Positions 53,501 through 63,848 of a stretch of 64,000 nt of DNA are shown here, piece by piece. The number at the start of each line of letters is the position of its first letter. Position 1 is the stretch's first letter. Source of the stretch: a virus (lineage: Duplodnaviria; Caudoviricetes); the IMG/VR virus record IMGVR_UViG_641509473_000001, positions 20,202 through 84,201 of that record, one strand, 5' to 3'. The notes under the pieces were generated by a model. The model searched no databases. It was not told the origin of the DNA and was given only the letters and a program-made list of their open reading frames with translations. A program made the translations under genes and the position numbers.

Positions 53501-54234
53501 TTGTAGCACGCGGCTACGCATCTAACGTGTGCGGAAGCGTTTTTGGCGACCCATTCTACCGCCTAAAGCTCAAAGCGCCAGATATAGACTCGGCCACCTT
53601 GAGCATCGTGCCGCTAGTGGGTCAACCCAAAGACAAGTTTGCTCCCAAATGGTTCCCCAACTTCTATAGCAAGTACGTCCAGCCCAACTTGGCCGCCTAT
53701 CCGCGCAAGGTGCGCCGAGTGCAGAACCCGTTTGTTAGCGAGATGGCCTCGGCACGGTACCTGATGCGCCACGCCGCGCCGTGGGCCTCGGCCTACACCT
53801 CTCCCGATGCCCTCGCTTCCCATCTAGCTACGTGGCTCACCTTTATGGAGTTCCTGAAAACCCGCCGCACCACTTTGAGCTACGCCGGGTATGCGCCGTG
53901 GACAAACTACCAGATTATCGGCGTGGCGGTGCGACCCGTGTCGGGCAACCAGGTACGCTACTTTGACTTTTACATGCTTGACGAGGTACAGCCCGACGTT
54001 ACCATCGGCGGGGAAATATGGACCAGGGCGGTGGGCTACTACCTGTTCCGCTTGGATGTGTTGACGCTAGAAGTGAGCTACCAGCTACCCATTCAGCCAA
54101 ACATGGAAGGGATTGTGGTGGACACGGGTAACACCAACACCAATCCTCCTAGCAACTCGCCTAACACAGGCTCCACCACCGGTTCCTACGACATGGCCAA
54201 CGAGATAAACGTGAGCGGATTCTGGGAGTTGTGA
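50560..54234 (+). CDS. Large tail/baseplate protein (1,224 aa) with Gly-rich linker
   Basis: Position; GGGDGGGGSGEGTGGG linker. Confidence 0.7.
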   Translation: MAEHVFTPYRTEKPCSVKAYSVNKSQAKHYLVVSVRFVAAEPNVQNYQNVIETYVLDPHELASWYNAGIDADKALQLDLFAESVMHVGRYDPFYPLNLPLFAVSSPINWKTRALISSLNGAPTPYPMPGGQASWFAFGYYDQWGSSFVAPTAQNKYIDGTTQKAITSGLIPKIGQIRSGIQAQWTTTWPGNVLDAYGITINGTPVVSPNNVGTPQVESRFFIYGGIRKFTEGDADNFLFVLKHSFNASPAQAGSVIPSTFTVVIEDKISQGDWLMANTNASSYGRYYKAELALSQLPLGVSGFMRRITEDGWNWWVYNKPNTGAETFLTGQPVGTPEGEMGRLLDAAISYILSYGVVASARVADAFAYLVRAAPLNDYSGTPSAYFNFCPSSQPPGGGDGGGGSGEGTGGGDAGGGTDGGTGGGTGGGDSSATSPDLGPIFTQSLYRYGFASDFPLWSWSSERHEYRAATKYNVVTRHPLMPRDLQDLYITNFSGAPVSYTTYEDRIVINGEPPFFVYFNPQSGQGAVPLSLPPVGEWSAVQKRLPLAGFEPENGLWVVKLGGYGEPDPTLAAARRDAVTPYDASPYVTRITGSAVELVVPHNVAQQVLSNVTFPIYVGYRTDTQSELPVKYAYVTQTSIEPGQSTLRVSLGMVEPKSFFNVDISSLEKSDALPRGVQSELDWVRWLFKLSGMYGLLSMEPGLGFKPLEFWTAAYPDGPGIPEEEMWDRFLNLNLTSTIGEIENLLQANLCTSVERPDGGLHIVPLVPNAHLTPAEFLRPEARVLFYGVDADARTYRRDPKLDIGSLEVNVDNSFAVVEVEGYSNTVQGNLVRTYATFVQGGRETQILQIDAGLWDNDSGRFEQMWETMKTAQGNYDDPDTVVPNVMDANEPGFRFSKLFNGVPKRVYYPESWYRLVGMDSRDPSNLEWESGDANYHVALEKYQFGLLTEQAAQGYDLDNYYNLLPENQKNFNKAQVLLGFVARGYASNVCGSVFGDPFYRLKLKAPDIDSATLSIVPLVGQPKDKFAPKWFPNFYSKYVQPNLAAYPRKVRRVQNPFVSEMASARYLMRHAAPWASAYTSPDALASHLATWLTFMEFLKTRRTTLSYAGYAPWTNYQIIGVAVRPVSGNQVRYFDFYMLDEVQPDVTIGGEIWTRAVGYYLFRLDVLTLEVSYQLPIQPNMEGIVVDTGNTNTNPPSNSPNTGSTTGSYDMANEINVSGFWEL

Positions 54235-54241
54235 GGTACGC

Positions 54242-55765
54242 ATGTTTACCAATCAACAGTTACTTAGCGCTTTAGACGCGCACAGGATAAACTCTAGCAA
54301 TCCGGACACCGACGGGCTGTATCCGTGGGATATAGCTTGGGAGCAAGCTTCGTTGGAAGCCATCACCACGGCGCAAATAGAGCACTTCCGCTCGGTGTTT
54401 GCCGGGCAGAGCTTCACCCCGTTCTGGGTAAACTCTCGGATTTTTGTGAAAGACCCGAACGACACCTTCTACGCCGATAACGGCTACCCCAATCCGCCTT
54501 TAGGAGCGGTCTTCCGAACCATGCAACGGGACGGAACCCTAGGCACGGGCAACTTTATTGAAGTCATGCCCGCTTTCTTCATCGTAGACGCGGCCATAAG
54601 AAGGAATGACCTTACTAACGCGGAAAGAGCTCTAAGCTTTTTAGACTTCATGACCGTGAACGCGAGCTTCTACGGCTCGCCCATCAAGGTCATGGCCGGC
54701 ATTGCCAAGTACGAGAACGGAAGTTGGGTGAAGAAGACCGACACCATCATCATGCGCAACATATTTGGCGCCGCGTGGGCCTTTTTCCGGTACGCCAACC
54801 GTACGGGCTCCGCGTTGCACGCGGAAAAAGGCGCGGGCTTTCTCAAAACGCTTGCACTAGCGGTGAACAATACCGTAGCTAGGGTTAGGCGACAAGAACT
54901 CGCGCCTATATTAGAAGGAGCGCTTTACGCGCACATGACGGATTACGGAGGGAACTTTCCCTTCGTGTGGAATAGATTCACCATTGAAGGAAACTGGCTA
55001 TTCTGGATGGCGCTATCGGAAGCGGCCAACTGGTATGGATGGGATACCGAGCTAGTAGATGCCGAAGGAACGCCGTTTACCCTACGCTACCTAGCCCAAA
55101 AGGTCGGTAGCTTTTTTGACCGGATGCTCACAAGCGGCAAGGGGATTATGAAGCACCGCAACCCCAAGTCGCTATATTTGCCCTACCAGTTTTTCATAGA
55201 ACAGGCTTGGCACCACGACGACCGCTCGGTAGCGGGCATGAACTTCGACTGGACGGGGGAAAGCGGAACGACCTTCGGGGACACCTACTGGGTTGGGGAC
55301 CTGGAGTTGTGGGGGCTCATCGGCCTAGCGTACCTCAAGCAGAACGGGTATCTAAGCTTTGACGTGGGGCGGTTTGTGTACCAGTTTGGAAAGCTAGCCG
55401 TGAACAACGGCCCGTACTGGCACGACAGGTACGACTTCTTTGGCAAAAGCATACCGCACGACGAGAGCATTTCCATTACCTTTACCGCGCTATATGGTGT
55501 GCTTGTCAATGTTCTTCCAAACGAAGTTGTATATCCGCCAAACTTGAGAATAACCTCAATAGGTAAACTACCCTTAGTCATATTTCCAGCAACTATCTAT
55601 ACGGTTACAGTGGAAAGCGAATATCCCACTAGGATTAAAATCATGGCCTATGGAGAATCCTTACAAGCCCCAGAAGTGGGCCAGTTTACTCTAAATAAGG
55701 GAAGCAACACCATATCGTTTACGGTGATGGGTAGGCCCAAGCTAGTGCTAGAGGACATAGGCTAA
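54242..55765 (+). CDS. Virion protein, possible alpha/alpha-toroid glycosidase-like fold
   Basis: Aromatic-rich helical repeats; function inferred only. Confidence 0.55.
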   Translation: MFTNQQLLSALDAHRINSSNPDTDGLYPWDIAWEQASLEAITTAQIEHFRSVFAGQSFTPFWVNSRIFVKDPNDTFYADNGYPNPPLGAVFRTMQRDGTLGTGNFIEVMPAFFIVDAAIRRNDLTNAERALSFLDFMTVNASFYGSPIKVMAGIAKYENGSWVKKTDTIIMRNIFGAAWAFFRYANRTGSALHAEKGAGFLKTLALAVNNTVARVRRQELAPILEGALYAHMTDYGGNFPFVWNRFTIEGNWLFWMALSEAANWYGWDTELVDAEGTPFTLRYLAQKVGSFFDRMLTSGKGIMKHRNPKSLYLPYQFFIEQAWHHDDRSVAGMNFDWTGESGTTFGDTYWVGDLELWGLIGLAYLKQNGYLSFDVGRFVYQFGKLAVNNGPYWHDRYDFFGKSIPHDESISITFTALYGVLVNVLPNEVVYPPNLRITSIGKLPLVIFPATIYTVTVESEYPTRIKIMAYGESLQAPEVGQFTLNKGSNTISFTVMGRPKLVLEDIG

Positions 55766-55774
55766 GGAGGGAGC

Positions 55775-56149
55775 ATGCCATATCTACCCCACGCCGCGAT
55801 GGTTTCTATGCGCGACCTAGCGGGCCGGATTACCAAGGTACATGTCGTAGACAAAGGGGACAACGCTAGGCCACGCTACTCCTTGAAGGTGGACGTGTCC
55901 CTCACCCAGTTACCTAGGACTGCCACCATCCGCGGGGTAAAGCTCTTTAGCCCCTTGTCCATACCGCACCCCAACGGAGGAAGTCGGCTCACAGCTAACG
56001 GCGGAAACTACGACGACCTCGTATCGGCCTTGAGCGCGTACTACGGAGGCGACCTAAAAGCGGTGGGGAGGTATCTCACCTCTCAACTAAAGAACCTTCC
56101 CGTCATGCTTCAGACGATAGGAGGGGTGTGGGTTATATCCCAACTTTAA
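55775..56149 (+). CDS. Hypothetical protein (124 aa)
   Basis: AAGGAGG SD. Confidence 0.75.
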   Translation: MPYLPHAAMVSMRDLAGRITKVHVVDKGDNARPRYSLKVDVSLTQLPRTATIRGVKLFSPLSIPHPNGGSRLTANGGNYDDLVSALSAYYGGDLKAVGRYLTSQLKNLPVMLQTIGGVWVISQL

Positions 56150-56168
56150 AAACCAAGGATGGTATACT
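56145..56168 (+). promoter_or_regulatory. Extended -10 late promoter
   Basis: TTTAAAA...TGGTATACT, followed by AAGGAGG. Confidence 0.7.
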
Positions 56169-56181
56169 AAGGAGGTCCTGA

Positions 56182-57864
56182 GTGCTAAACGCGGACGAGT
56201 ACCCGTTGTGGCACTTCGTCAGGAAACCGGTGCCCAAGCGCCAAGCTTTGGCGATAAGTTTGGGACCGGAAGAATACGGCCAAAACCCGCCCTTCACCAA
56301 GACCTACGTCCTGGTAAAAAGCGGAAACCGGGTAGAGCTATACCGAAGCACCGGAAGCCTAAACGAAAGCCAAGTATCGGATTATCCTATACCGACCAAC
56401 GCGGTTAGAAATAGCTACCAAGGGCGCTTCGCCTTGGCTATGACCCCCACGCAAGCCCTGGTGGCGGTGCAGACCGGAAACCCTGGTGGCACTAGAGGAG
56501 AGCCTTCTACCATAGAGGTCTACGCCGGAAGTGTCCAGGTCTACGCCACCCAGGGCTACGACCCTCAGTTGGTCTATAGCGCTCTCCTGGTACCGCCAAG
56601 CCTTCTCAATACCTACCCGGAATGCGCGGTGAAGCTTGGCGCGGTAATCCTCTTCTACATGCATCCGCAAGAAAGCAAGTTAGTGGCGGAATACCTAAGC
56701 CCGCCGTACACCGCGGCTTCGTCCCGCGTTGAGTTTTCCCTAAGCGAACCCCTTCAGTTGGTAGCCGCCGTTCCGGTGGAGGGCAAGGCCCAGCTATGGT
56801 TCGTAAACGGCAAAGGGGAATGGGTGGCGGCTCAGTTCTCCGCGAGCATGCTCCTGCCTAGGCTATCCGGGGAAGTGCCGGGGCCGGAAGTGTGGAACGA
56901 CCCGCAAGACGGAAGCTACGCCAAGGTTTTCGGCCAGACCTGGACCTGGAGGGTGGACAAGGCCAACAACCGCTTCATGTTCACCAAGACGGGAAGCCAG
57001 ACGGCGTACTTCGTGCCCGCGGACCACAGCCTGCAGGACGTGTGCTTCGCCGCGGCGGCCTTTGACCAGGCGGGCTACCCGGCGGTGGCCTACCAGATAG
57101 GCGACCAGACGTACGTCAAGTACTGGAACATCCTAGAACGTAGGTACGTCAACACAGGACCCTTGCCGTTGCGCTTCCCGCTCATGTTCCAGGAAGCCAC
57201 GGTGCTAGGGTGGCGCTTTGTGCCTGGAGCCGACGTGGTGCTCTTGGGGCAAGGAAGCTCAGGTAATCTAGTATCGCGAAGGCAGAAAGACGCTTATGGG
57301 GTGGAGTACGTGCTAGCGGCGGAAAGCGCGCTCATCCCGGAGAGCGTGGACCTGAGCCAAGCCTTGCGCTACAGCGTGCAGGCGGTAGACCAGGGCACGG
57401 TATACCGCACCCCGCTCTTCCCCTACGATAGCTACGCGTACCGCAAGTTCAAACAGGCAACGCCGGAATACCCGATAGAGCACAACTTGTTCGCTTGGCT
57501 TACTAGAGCGAGCATTAGCACTAGAGAGCTAACAACACAATATAACCCGCCACCCATAGAAATAGTGGCCCAGCTTAATGGAAGTGGCCTTAGCGTACGC
57601 GACTTAGTTACGGTTTACACCTTAAGTTTCGGAATAACCGCCCAGCTCATTACAGCCGAAGTTAACACTCGAACTGTAACCACCGTCTACACGCCGCCAA
57701 CCCTAAACATGTCGGCTAACCTCACGAGCGGCGACGTGAGTACCAAGGAAGTTGTTAAACCTTATAACCCACCTACCATAAGCTTCCAAGCCGTACTAAC
57801 TGATGCAAGTGTGTCCGTGTTCCCAGATGGTCCTAGTACAGACCCGGTTAGCCCTAATAACTAA
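56182..57864 (+). CDS. Tail-associated protein with C-terminal ~25-aa repeats
   Basis: Beta-rich; repeated [IV]S[TV]R...Y.PP...A.L units. Confidence 0.7.
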   Translation: MLNADEYPLWHFVRKPVPKRQALAISLGPEEYGQNPPFTKTYVLVKSGNRVELYRSTGSLNESQVSDYPIPTNAVRNSYQGRFALAMTPTQALVAVQTGNPGGTRGEPSTIEVYAGSVQVYATQGYDPQLVYSALLVPPSLLNTYPECAVKLGAVILFYMHPQESKLVAEYLSPPYTAASSRVEFSLSEPLQLVAAVPVEGKAQLWFVNGKGEWVAAQFSASMLLPRLSGEVPGPEVWNDPQDGSYAKVFGQTWTWRVDKANNRFMFTKTGSQTAYFVPADHSLQDVCFAAAAFDQAGYPAVAYQIGDQTYVKYWNILERRYVNTGPLPLRFPLMFQEATVLGWRFVPGADVVLLGQGSSGNLVSRRQKDAYGVEYVLAAESALIPESVDLSQALRYSVQAVDQGTVYRTPLFPYDSYAYRKFKQATPEYPIEHNLFAWLTRASISTRELTTQYNPPPIEIVAQLNGSGLSVRDLVTVYTLSFGITAQLITAEVNTRTVTTVYTPPTLNMSANLTSGDVSTKEVVKPYNPPTISFQAVLTDASVSVFPDGPSTDPVSPNN

Positions 57865-57875
57865 GGAGGGTTGTA

Positions 57876-58034
57876 GTGAACCGACGCATGCGGCGTACCT
57901 TAGCTAAACTTATGCGTAAAGCGCAAAAGCGCAAAGACCTTAAGGCTTCTATCGGTATGCAGGTGGAGATTGGCGCGATAGAGGTCGTGCGCTCCGATGG
58001 GAGCGTTGAGGTTTTGTACCGGAGGGAGGAATGA
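57876..58034 (+). CDS. Small ORF (MNRRMRRTLAKL...EVLYRREE, 52 aa), possibly a split N-terminus of the next gene
   Basis: Hand-translated; AAGGAGG SD; ATGA overlap. Confidence 0.6.
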   Translation: MNRRMRRTLAKLMRKAQKRKDLKASIGMQVEIGAIEVVRSDGSVEVLYRREE

Positions 58035-58924
58035 TAACCGATTACGGATTAGCAAACCAAAAAACATTAAGCCCAAGACAGTCCATCAATAGCTCTACTT
58101 ATTTAACTTTTGGCTTTAACTATTTAGCAGTTGGAACTGGTTCTAGCGAACCCGACCCTACTCAGACAACTCTAGCCAACGAGGTTGCTCGCACGAGTAG
58201 TACTGGGGGCTTTACAGATACAGAAAATGTTGCGTATAGTAGTACCAGACACGCCCATGTTTGGAACGCGAACTTAACGCGACAGTTCCAGTTTAACACT
58301 AGTTATAACCTAACTGAGTTTGGCTTCTTTTCTGGAAGCTACGGCGCCAACTGCATGTACCGCCAGCTTTTCCGCACGGACCCTAACGACCCTAACTCCG
58401 ACCCAGTTGTGGTGTCCGTGCAAAATGGAGACCAGCTTAGGATTAGATATACTGTGAGCTGGATTGTCCCGTTGGTGGTGCTAGACCCCATTAGCGTTAC
58501 GATTAATGGGGTGCAAGCCAATATGAAAGCTTTTCTGATTAGAACAAGTATATTCGACCCAAACAAAATAAACTTTATGCTACACCCCAAGAGCCTAAGT
58601 CTAAACTACGTTACGGTAACGCCAGATTCCTATTATAGCTTCAATAATAGCGACTTACTTAGCAACTTTTCTAGTTTACAGAGATGGGGCTCTAGCTCGT
58701 TTAGCATAACCACAACATTTCCGACCGCAACTTCTGCTTCCGTGTCTATCAAGCTAATAAGTAGTGTAGCGTTTAGCAACATGCGTACTGTGTTCTTTTC
58801 TCCTAGCCGGGAATCTAGCACAGTTACTTACGGAGGTATAGCCTACGCATTTGACACTCCTATTAGTAAGACCGACTTACAAGAGATGACCTTTACCTTT
58901 GAGTTCACTTGGGGGAGGGCATGA
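58031..58924 (+). CDS. Tail fibre/baseplate-type protein, AT-rich
   Basis: ITDYGL, YLAVGTG...L.NEV.R, LTEFG motifs. Confidence 0.7.
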   Translation: MITDYGLANQKTLSPRQSINSSTYLTFGFNYLAVGTGSSEPDPTQTTLANEVARTSSTGGFTDTENVAYSSTRHAHVWNANLTRQFQFNTSYNLTEFGFFSGSYGANCMYRQLFRTDPNDPNSDPVVVSVQNGDQLRIRYTVSWIVPLVVLDPISVTINGVQANMKAFLIRTSIFDPNKINFMLHPKSLSLNYVTVTPDSYYSFNNSDLLSNFSSLQRWGSSSFSITTTFPTATSASVSIKLISSVAFSNMRTVFFSPSRESSTVTYGGIAYAFDTPISKTDLQEMTFTFEFTWGRA

Positions 58925-59169
58925 CCAGGATTATCGTTGATATTTACGTAACGCACCCGGACGACACCTCTACGCGGGTAGGCACCTACGAGTTTACCGA
59001 AGAGGTGGACTACGACCAGGTGGACGACGCTTACGCCTTCCAGCTCTTCAAGACCCGCGTGGGCTACCGGATGCAGGACGGGTTTTTGGAGATTGGGAGC
59101 GACGTCTTTCCTTTGGCCCAGGTGAAGCGTATAGCGGCTAGGGTACTGCTCAAGGAGCGTCTAGGCTAG
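58921..59169 (+). CDS. Hypothetical protein (MTRIIVDIY...)
   Basis: ATGA overlap, GGAGG SD. Confidence 0.7.
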   Translation: MTRIIVDIYVTHPDDTSTRVGTYEFTEEVDYDQVDDAYAFQLFKTRVGYRMQDGFLEIGSDVFPLAQVKRIAARVLLKERLG

Positions 59170-59223
59170 CGGATTAACCTAACCGGGGGCAGGGTGGCCT
59201 CACCCTCCCCCGTTTGCCTTGCC

Positions 59224-59571
59224 ATGGACCAGTTTCTCGTACTTCTTATAGAGCGTTTCGGCGTACTCGGCCTTTCCATCATCGCTTTGGCTATGGTGAG
59301 CCGATGGTTCGTGAGCTCCTACGAGGAGAAGGAAGCCCGCATCATGAAGCTCCTGGACGAGCGGGAGCAGGAAATCAAGCGCCTGGTGGGGATTATTGAC
59401 GCCAGGGAGCAAGAGTACCGCAACGACATCAAGGAGCTCTCGGACAAGTTCATCGCCTCGCTAGAGCGCATTAGCGCCACCATTGACAACTTGACCCAAA
59501 AGATTGAGGCCCTGAGCACCGACGTGCGTCAGCTCAAAGGGAGGAGACGTGAGGCTACCGACAAAAACTAG
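59224..59571 (+). CDS. Holin-like membrane protein with coiled coil
   Basis: N-terminal TM; upstream of lysin. Confidence 0.6.
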   Translation: MDQFLVLLIERFGVLGLSIIALAMVSRWFVSSYEEKEARIMKLLDEREQEIKRLVGIIDAREQEYRNDIKELSDKFIASLERISATIDNLTQKIEALSTDVRQLKGRRREATDKN

Positions 59572-60046
59572 CCGGTTTGGTTACGTGCACGGCCAGACCA
59601 ACCACGAAGGTATTCCCCATCCAGGTTATGACCTAAACTTTGGCCCTACACCTGACGCCGACTATGGGCAAGCCGTGTACGCCCCCGAAGACGGCAAGGT
59701 GGTCTTCGCCAGACAAGGCTTAGGCACTTGGGGCGGGCTAGTGGTGGTGCTAGGAGCATCGGGCTACGCCCACCGCCTAGGTCATGTAGAGCGCATGACG
59801 GTAAAGGAAGGCCAACAGGTCAAAGAGGGCGACCAGGTGGCGGTGATTGGCCGCGTGCAGGGCATGGCACCGCACCTGCACTACGACATGGTCAGGCCGG
59901 AGGTCATCAAGACCATCACCATCTTGCTCAAGGCGCCCTACGAGCGTTGGGACTTCTGGCACGTGAACTTCCCAAAGCTCTTTGACGTGATGTACCTGGA
60001 CCCGGCCAAGTTCCACCCGGAGTTGGCCAGGCTTCTAAGCAAGTGA
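59549..60046 (+). CDS. M23 family endolysin
   Basis: HPGYD and HLHYD motifs. Confidence 0.88.
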   Translation: MRLPTKTSRFGYVHGQTNHEGIPHPGYDLNFGPTPDADYGQAVYAPEDGKVVFARQGLGTWGGLVVVLGASGYAHRLGHVERMTVKEGQQVKEGDQVAVIGRVQGMAPHLHYDMVRPEVIKTITILLKAPYERWDFWHVNFPKLFDVMYLDPAKFHPELARLLSK

Positions 60047-60047
60047 G

Positions 60048-60410
60048 GTGCGTATGGACATTCTAGACGTTCTTACCAAACCCGAAGTGGCTACCGTTGT
60101 CGGGGTACTGCTAGCCGCCCTTTTGCCTCGTCAAGTGTGGGAGCTCATTCCGCCCGTAAGGGCCGCGCTTCAGGTGCTTGACGCTGGGTACAAGGCGTAC
60201 GAGAGCAAGAAGAAGGCGGAGGCCCTGGAGGCCGCGGCCAAGGCCGCCGAAGAGGCGGTTAAGGGCACGGAACAGCTCATCAAAAGCGGCCAGCTCACCA
60301 AGGAAGCGGCCAAAGCTCAGGCCACAAGCTTCCTCATGAGCAACTTTGGCTTGGACCAAGGAACCGCCGAGCTCTTGGTGGAGAAGGCGGTGCTTGAGCT
60401 CAAGCGATGA
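60048..60410 (+). CDS. Holin-like protein
   Basis: N-terminal hydrophobic segment; AV...EQ...G...K...A...LVEKAV pattern as in LL-H type holins. Confidence 0.6.
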   Translation: MRMDILDVLTKPEVATVVGVLLAALLPRQVWELIPPVRAALQVLDAGYKAYESKKKAEALEAAAKAAEEAVKGTEQLIKSGQLTKEAAKAQATSFLMSNFGLDQGTAELLVEKAVLELKR

Positions 60411-61219
60411 TAGACCTGCTGGAGATAGCGAAGACGCGCCAGCGCTACTCCCGCATCCAGGACACCAGGGGGCTTTCCCTTACCCGGAAGCCCCCGGTGT
60501 ACCTGGTCTTCACCGGGGACTGGCACCTAGGCGCTCCGGGCACGGACTACGACCTGTTTCGGCGGGACCTAGAAGCTTTAGTTAGCTTGCGCGAAAAGCT
60601 AGGCGAATCCTTGGTACTCGTGGGCATGGGGGACTACGTGGACGGCTACACCACGTCTAGCCCCAAGAGCGAGCATGACCAGGTACTATCCCCGTGGGAG
60701 CAACGCCTGGCCGCCAAGCAAGCGTTTGAGCTTATCAAGCCTGACCTGGTGCTCATAGGCGACCACGACTTCTGGCTTTCCGGCGGCGAAGAGGGGTACA
60801 ACTGGCTTCACGACTGGGCCATGGAGACCGGAACCCCCTACGCCGAGTGGGGAGGGGAGCTGGAGGTGTGGACCGGAAGCCGGGTGTGGCGGTTTCTTGT
60901 GCGCCACCGGTACAAAGGCTCCGTCAACGGCCTGGACCACCTAAGGCCGCACAAGGCTCTCTACACCGAAGCGGGACCTGCAGACGGAGTAGTCCTAGCC
61001 CACTTCCACACCCGCACCGGGGTCTACCGCGTGTCGCCGATTCGCCGCAAAGAGGCGAGCTACTGGGCGGTGCAGACCGGGACGTACAAGCTTCAGGACA
61101 CGTACGGGCGCAAGGTGAGCGCGGCTTCGGCGGAGTATTGCGTTCCGGCCATAAAGCTTACCGACAAGGAGCTCAAGCCTTACGACAGTTTTCTTGAGGT
61201 GCTAGATGAGCTGGATTAA
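60407..61219 (+). CDS. Calcineurin-like metallophosphoesterase
   Basis: GDWH, GD..D, GDHD, H and AHFH motifs. Confidence 0.85.
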   Translation: MIDLLEIAKTRQRYSRIQDTRGLSLTRKPPVYLVFTGDWHLGAPGTDYDLFRRDLEALVSLREKLGESLVLVGMGDYVDGYTTSSPKSEHDQVLSPWEQRLAAKQAFELIKPDLVLIGDHDFWLSGGEEGYNWLHDWAMETGTPYAEWGGELEVWTGSRVWRFLVRHRYKGSVNGLDHLRPHKALYTEAGPADGVVLAHFHTRTGVYRVSPIRRKEASYWAVQTGTYKLQDTYGRKVSAASAEYCVPAIKLTDKELKPYDSFLEVLDELD

Positions 61220-61381
61220 GCGCGCTATCAAGCGGCCCGGCTCCTTTCGCGCTAAAGCCAAAAAGCGGGGCCTGAGCACCAAGGAGTTCGCCCGCAAGGT
61301 TCTCAAAAACCCCCATCGGTACGACAAGCGCACGGTGCGGCAAGCGCGTTTGGCGCTTACGTTGATGAGGATGCGTAAAAA

Positions 61382-61385
<4 letters not shown>
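61206..61385 (+). CDS. Small very basic protein (MSWIKRAIKRPGSFRAKAKKRG...RMRKK, 59 aa)
   Basis: Hand-translated; fills the gap exactly; overlaps both neighbours. Confidence 0.75.
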
Positions 61386-62241
<856 letters not shown>

Positions 62242-62243
62242 GA

Positions 62244-62795
62244 ATGAGCCGCATTCGCGGTTGGCAGATAAAGCCCGGCGACCTAGCGCTAGAGCACCTA
62301 AACCAAGAAGCGCGGGCGTACCTTGACGGGCTAGCCGCTTCTTTGCAATCGCTAAGCCAACAGGCGGGCGGGCTAGTAGAGGAAGTAACTTCCCTGCAAA
62401 ACGAGCTAGAGCGCCTTAATGTGGAACTAGAAGAGGCGGCGCAAGACTTGCTAGGCATTCAACAACGAGTAGAAACCTTAGCGCAAGAGGTGGCTAGGCT
62501 AAGCGACAGGGTTTTAGCCCTAGAAAGACGTCCTGGTTCTCAAGCCTCGCTAAGCTTGGTGGAGCTAAGCGGCACCACCGAGGTTAGCGAGCCAACCTTG
62601 GTGATGGTGCTAGAGGCGAGGTTGCAAAGCGCCGGAGCGCTCAAGGTGTACGCCGACGACGAACTTATCGCGGAGTATAACGACGTAGCCGGTACATACC
62701 GGTTCAACCCGGTAGGAGAAGGACTAGCCACCGCGACGATTCGAGTGGAGGGGCCAGGCACGGCCCTCGTGTCGCTAGTGCCTTTAGGAGTCTAA
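62244..62795 (+). CDS. Coiled-coil protein (whisker/fibre-like)
   Basis: Heptad pattern followed by a beta domain. Confidence 0.65.
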   Translation: MSRIRGWQIKPGDLALEHLNQEARAYLDGLAASLQSLSQQAGGLVEEVTSLQNELERLNVELEEAAQDLLGIQQRVETLAQEVARLSDRVLALERRPGSQASLSLVELSGTTEVSEPTLVMVLEARLQSAGALKVYADDELIAEYNDVAGTYRFNPVGEGLATATIRVEGPGTALVSLVPLGV

Positions 62796-62796
62796 T

Positions 62797-63630
62797 ATGC
62801 CGTATAGGTTTACACGGATACCGATACCGAGCACGGTGTCTACCACCACCGTCCGGCCCTTCGCGGACGCGGTAGCCAGAGCTACAGGATGGGTGGACGA
62901 AGCCGAAATCTCGGCGGCTGTAGTGCACGTAAATAGCGGGTCAACAATCCTTTACCGATACAAAACGCGCTACTTTATAGACGGTCAACGACAAATCGAG
63001 CTCATCATTGGTTTGTCCGGTGGTAGCTCGCCCGTACAAATCGCTTTCGGATTTTACGTCAACGGAAACCCGCCATACCAGCAATACATAGTCGTCTACC
63101 GCTGGTCGGTGAACACGTCGGCTATCGTGGAAGCCCTAGTCTACGCGGAAGACATGTTTGTAACCTTGGGCTACTACTTGGGCCAGAGCGTGTCCATACC
63201 CATGCCCATATTCGCTTTCATCGAAAAGCTAACGATGGACGTAGTAGAAGGGGAAACTGTATTGCCGCTGTACCTAGGATATCTAGGTACAAGCGGCAAC
63301 GTAATGGCGGGGCGGTTAACGGCAGATAGCCAAGGCTTTATGTCGGCTTATGCCGGGATAGTGGTTCCTAGCGCCATAGGATTTAGCACCTCTTTCCTAT
63401 CGCGTAGAGAACAGAGTAGCCTACTTACTGCATTTGGACCGGTTTACCTAGTCAAACCCTATGGTCTAGGACTGAAAAAACTACCGGATAGCATAAGGTA
63501 CGCGCAAATCGCGACTAACCCCGGCTCAATACTTAACGGAAGCGTTACAACTACGCCGTTCAGCATTCCCCTAAGCGCTACCGAACAAGTTTCGGTTAAC
63601 GGCTTCACGTTTATCGCTACACCTAACTAG
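62797..63630 (+). CDS. Hypothetical, lower-GC protein (277 aa)
   Basis: AGGAG SD. Confidence 0.7.
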   Translation: MPYRFTRIPIPSTVSTTTVRPFADAVARATGWVDEAEISAAVVHVNSGSTILYRYKTRYFIDGQRQIELIIGLSGGSSPVQIAFGFYVNGNPPYQQYIVVYRWSVNTSAIVEALVYAEDMFVTLGYYLGQSVSIPMPIFAFIEKLTMDVVEGETVLPLYLGYLGTSGNVMAGRLTADSQGFMSAYAGIVVPSAIGFSTSFLSRREQSSLLTAFGPVYLVKPYGLGLKKLPDSIRYAQIATNPGSILNGSVTTTPFSIPLSATEQVSVNGFTFIATPN

Positions 63631-63635
63631 CGCTT

Positions 63636-63848
63636 ATGCCTAACGCTATAGAGGTCCTATTTAGAACGTCCGAAGTTGACGTAAGCGAAACGCGGCGTGT
63701 GCTATATACCATACAAATACCAAGCCTAGTCCGCGTTCAACAAAATACGCCAGAAAACACTAGGACAATGTTTGGTACTAGCATTAACGTTCTCCAACGC
63801 GGACAAGCGGCTAAAGGGCAAGTTTGGCCTAGGAGGTGCACATGGTAA
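63636..63848 (+). CDS. Hypothetical protein (70 aa)
   Basis: ORF in operon. Confidence 0.5.
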   Translation: MPNAIEVLFRTSEVDVSETRRVLYTIQIPSLVRVQQNTPENTRTMFGTSINVLQRGQAAKGQVWPRRCTW

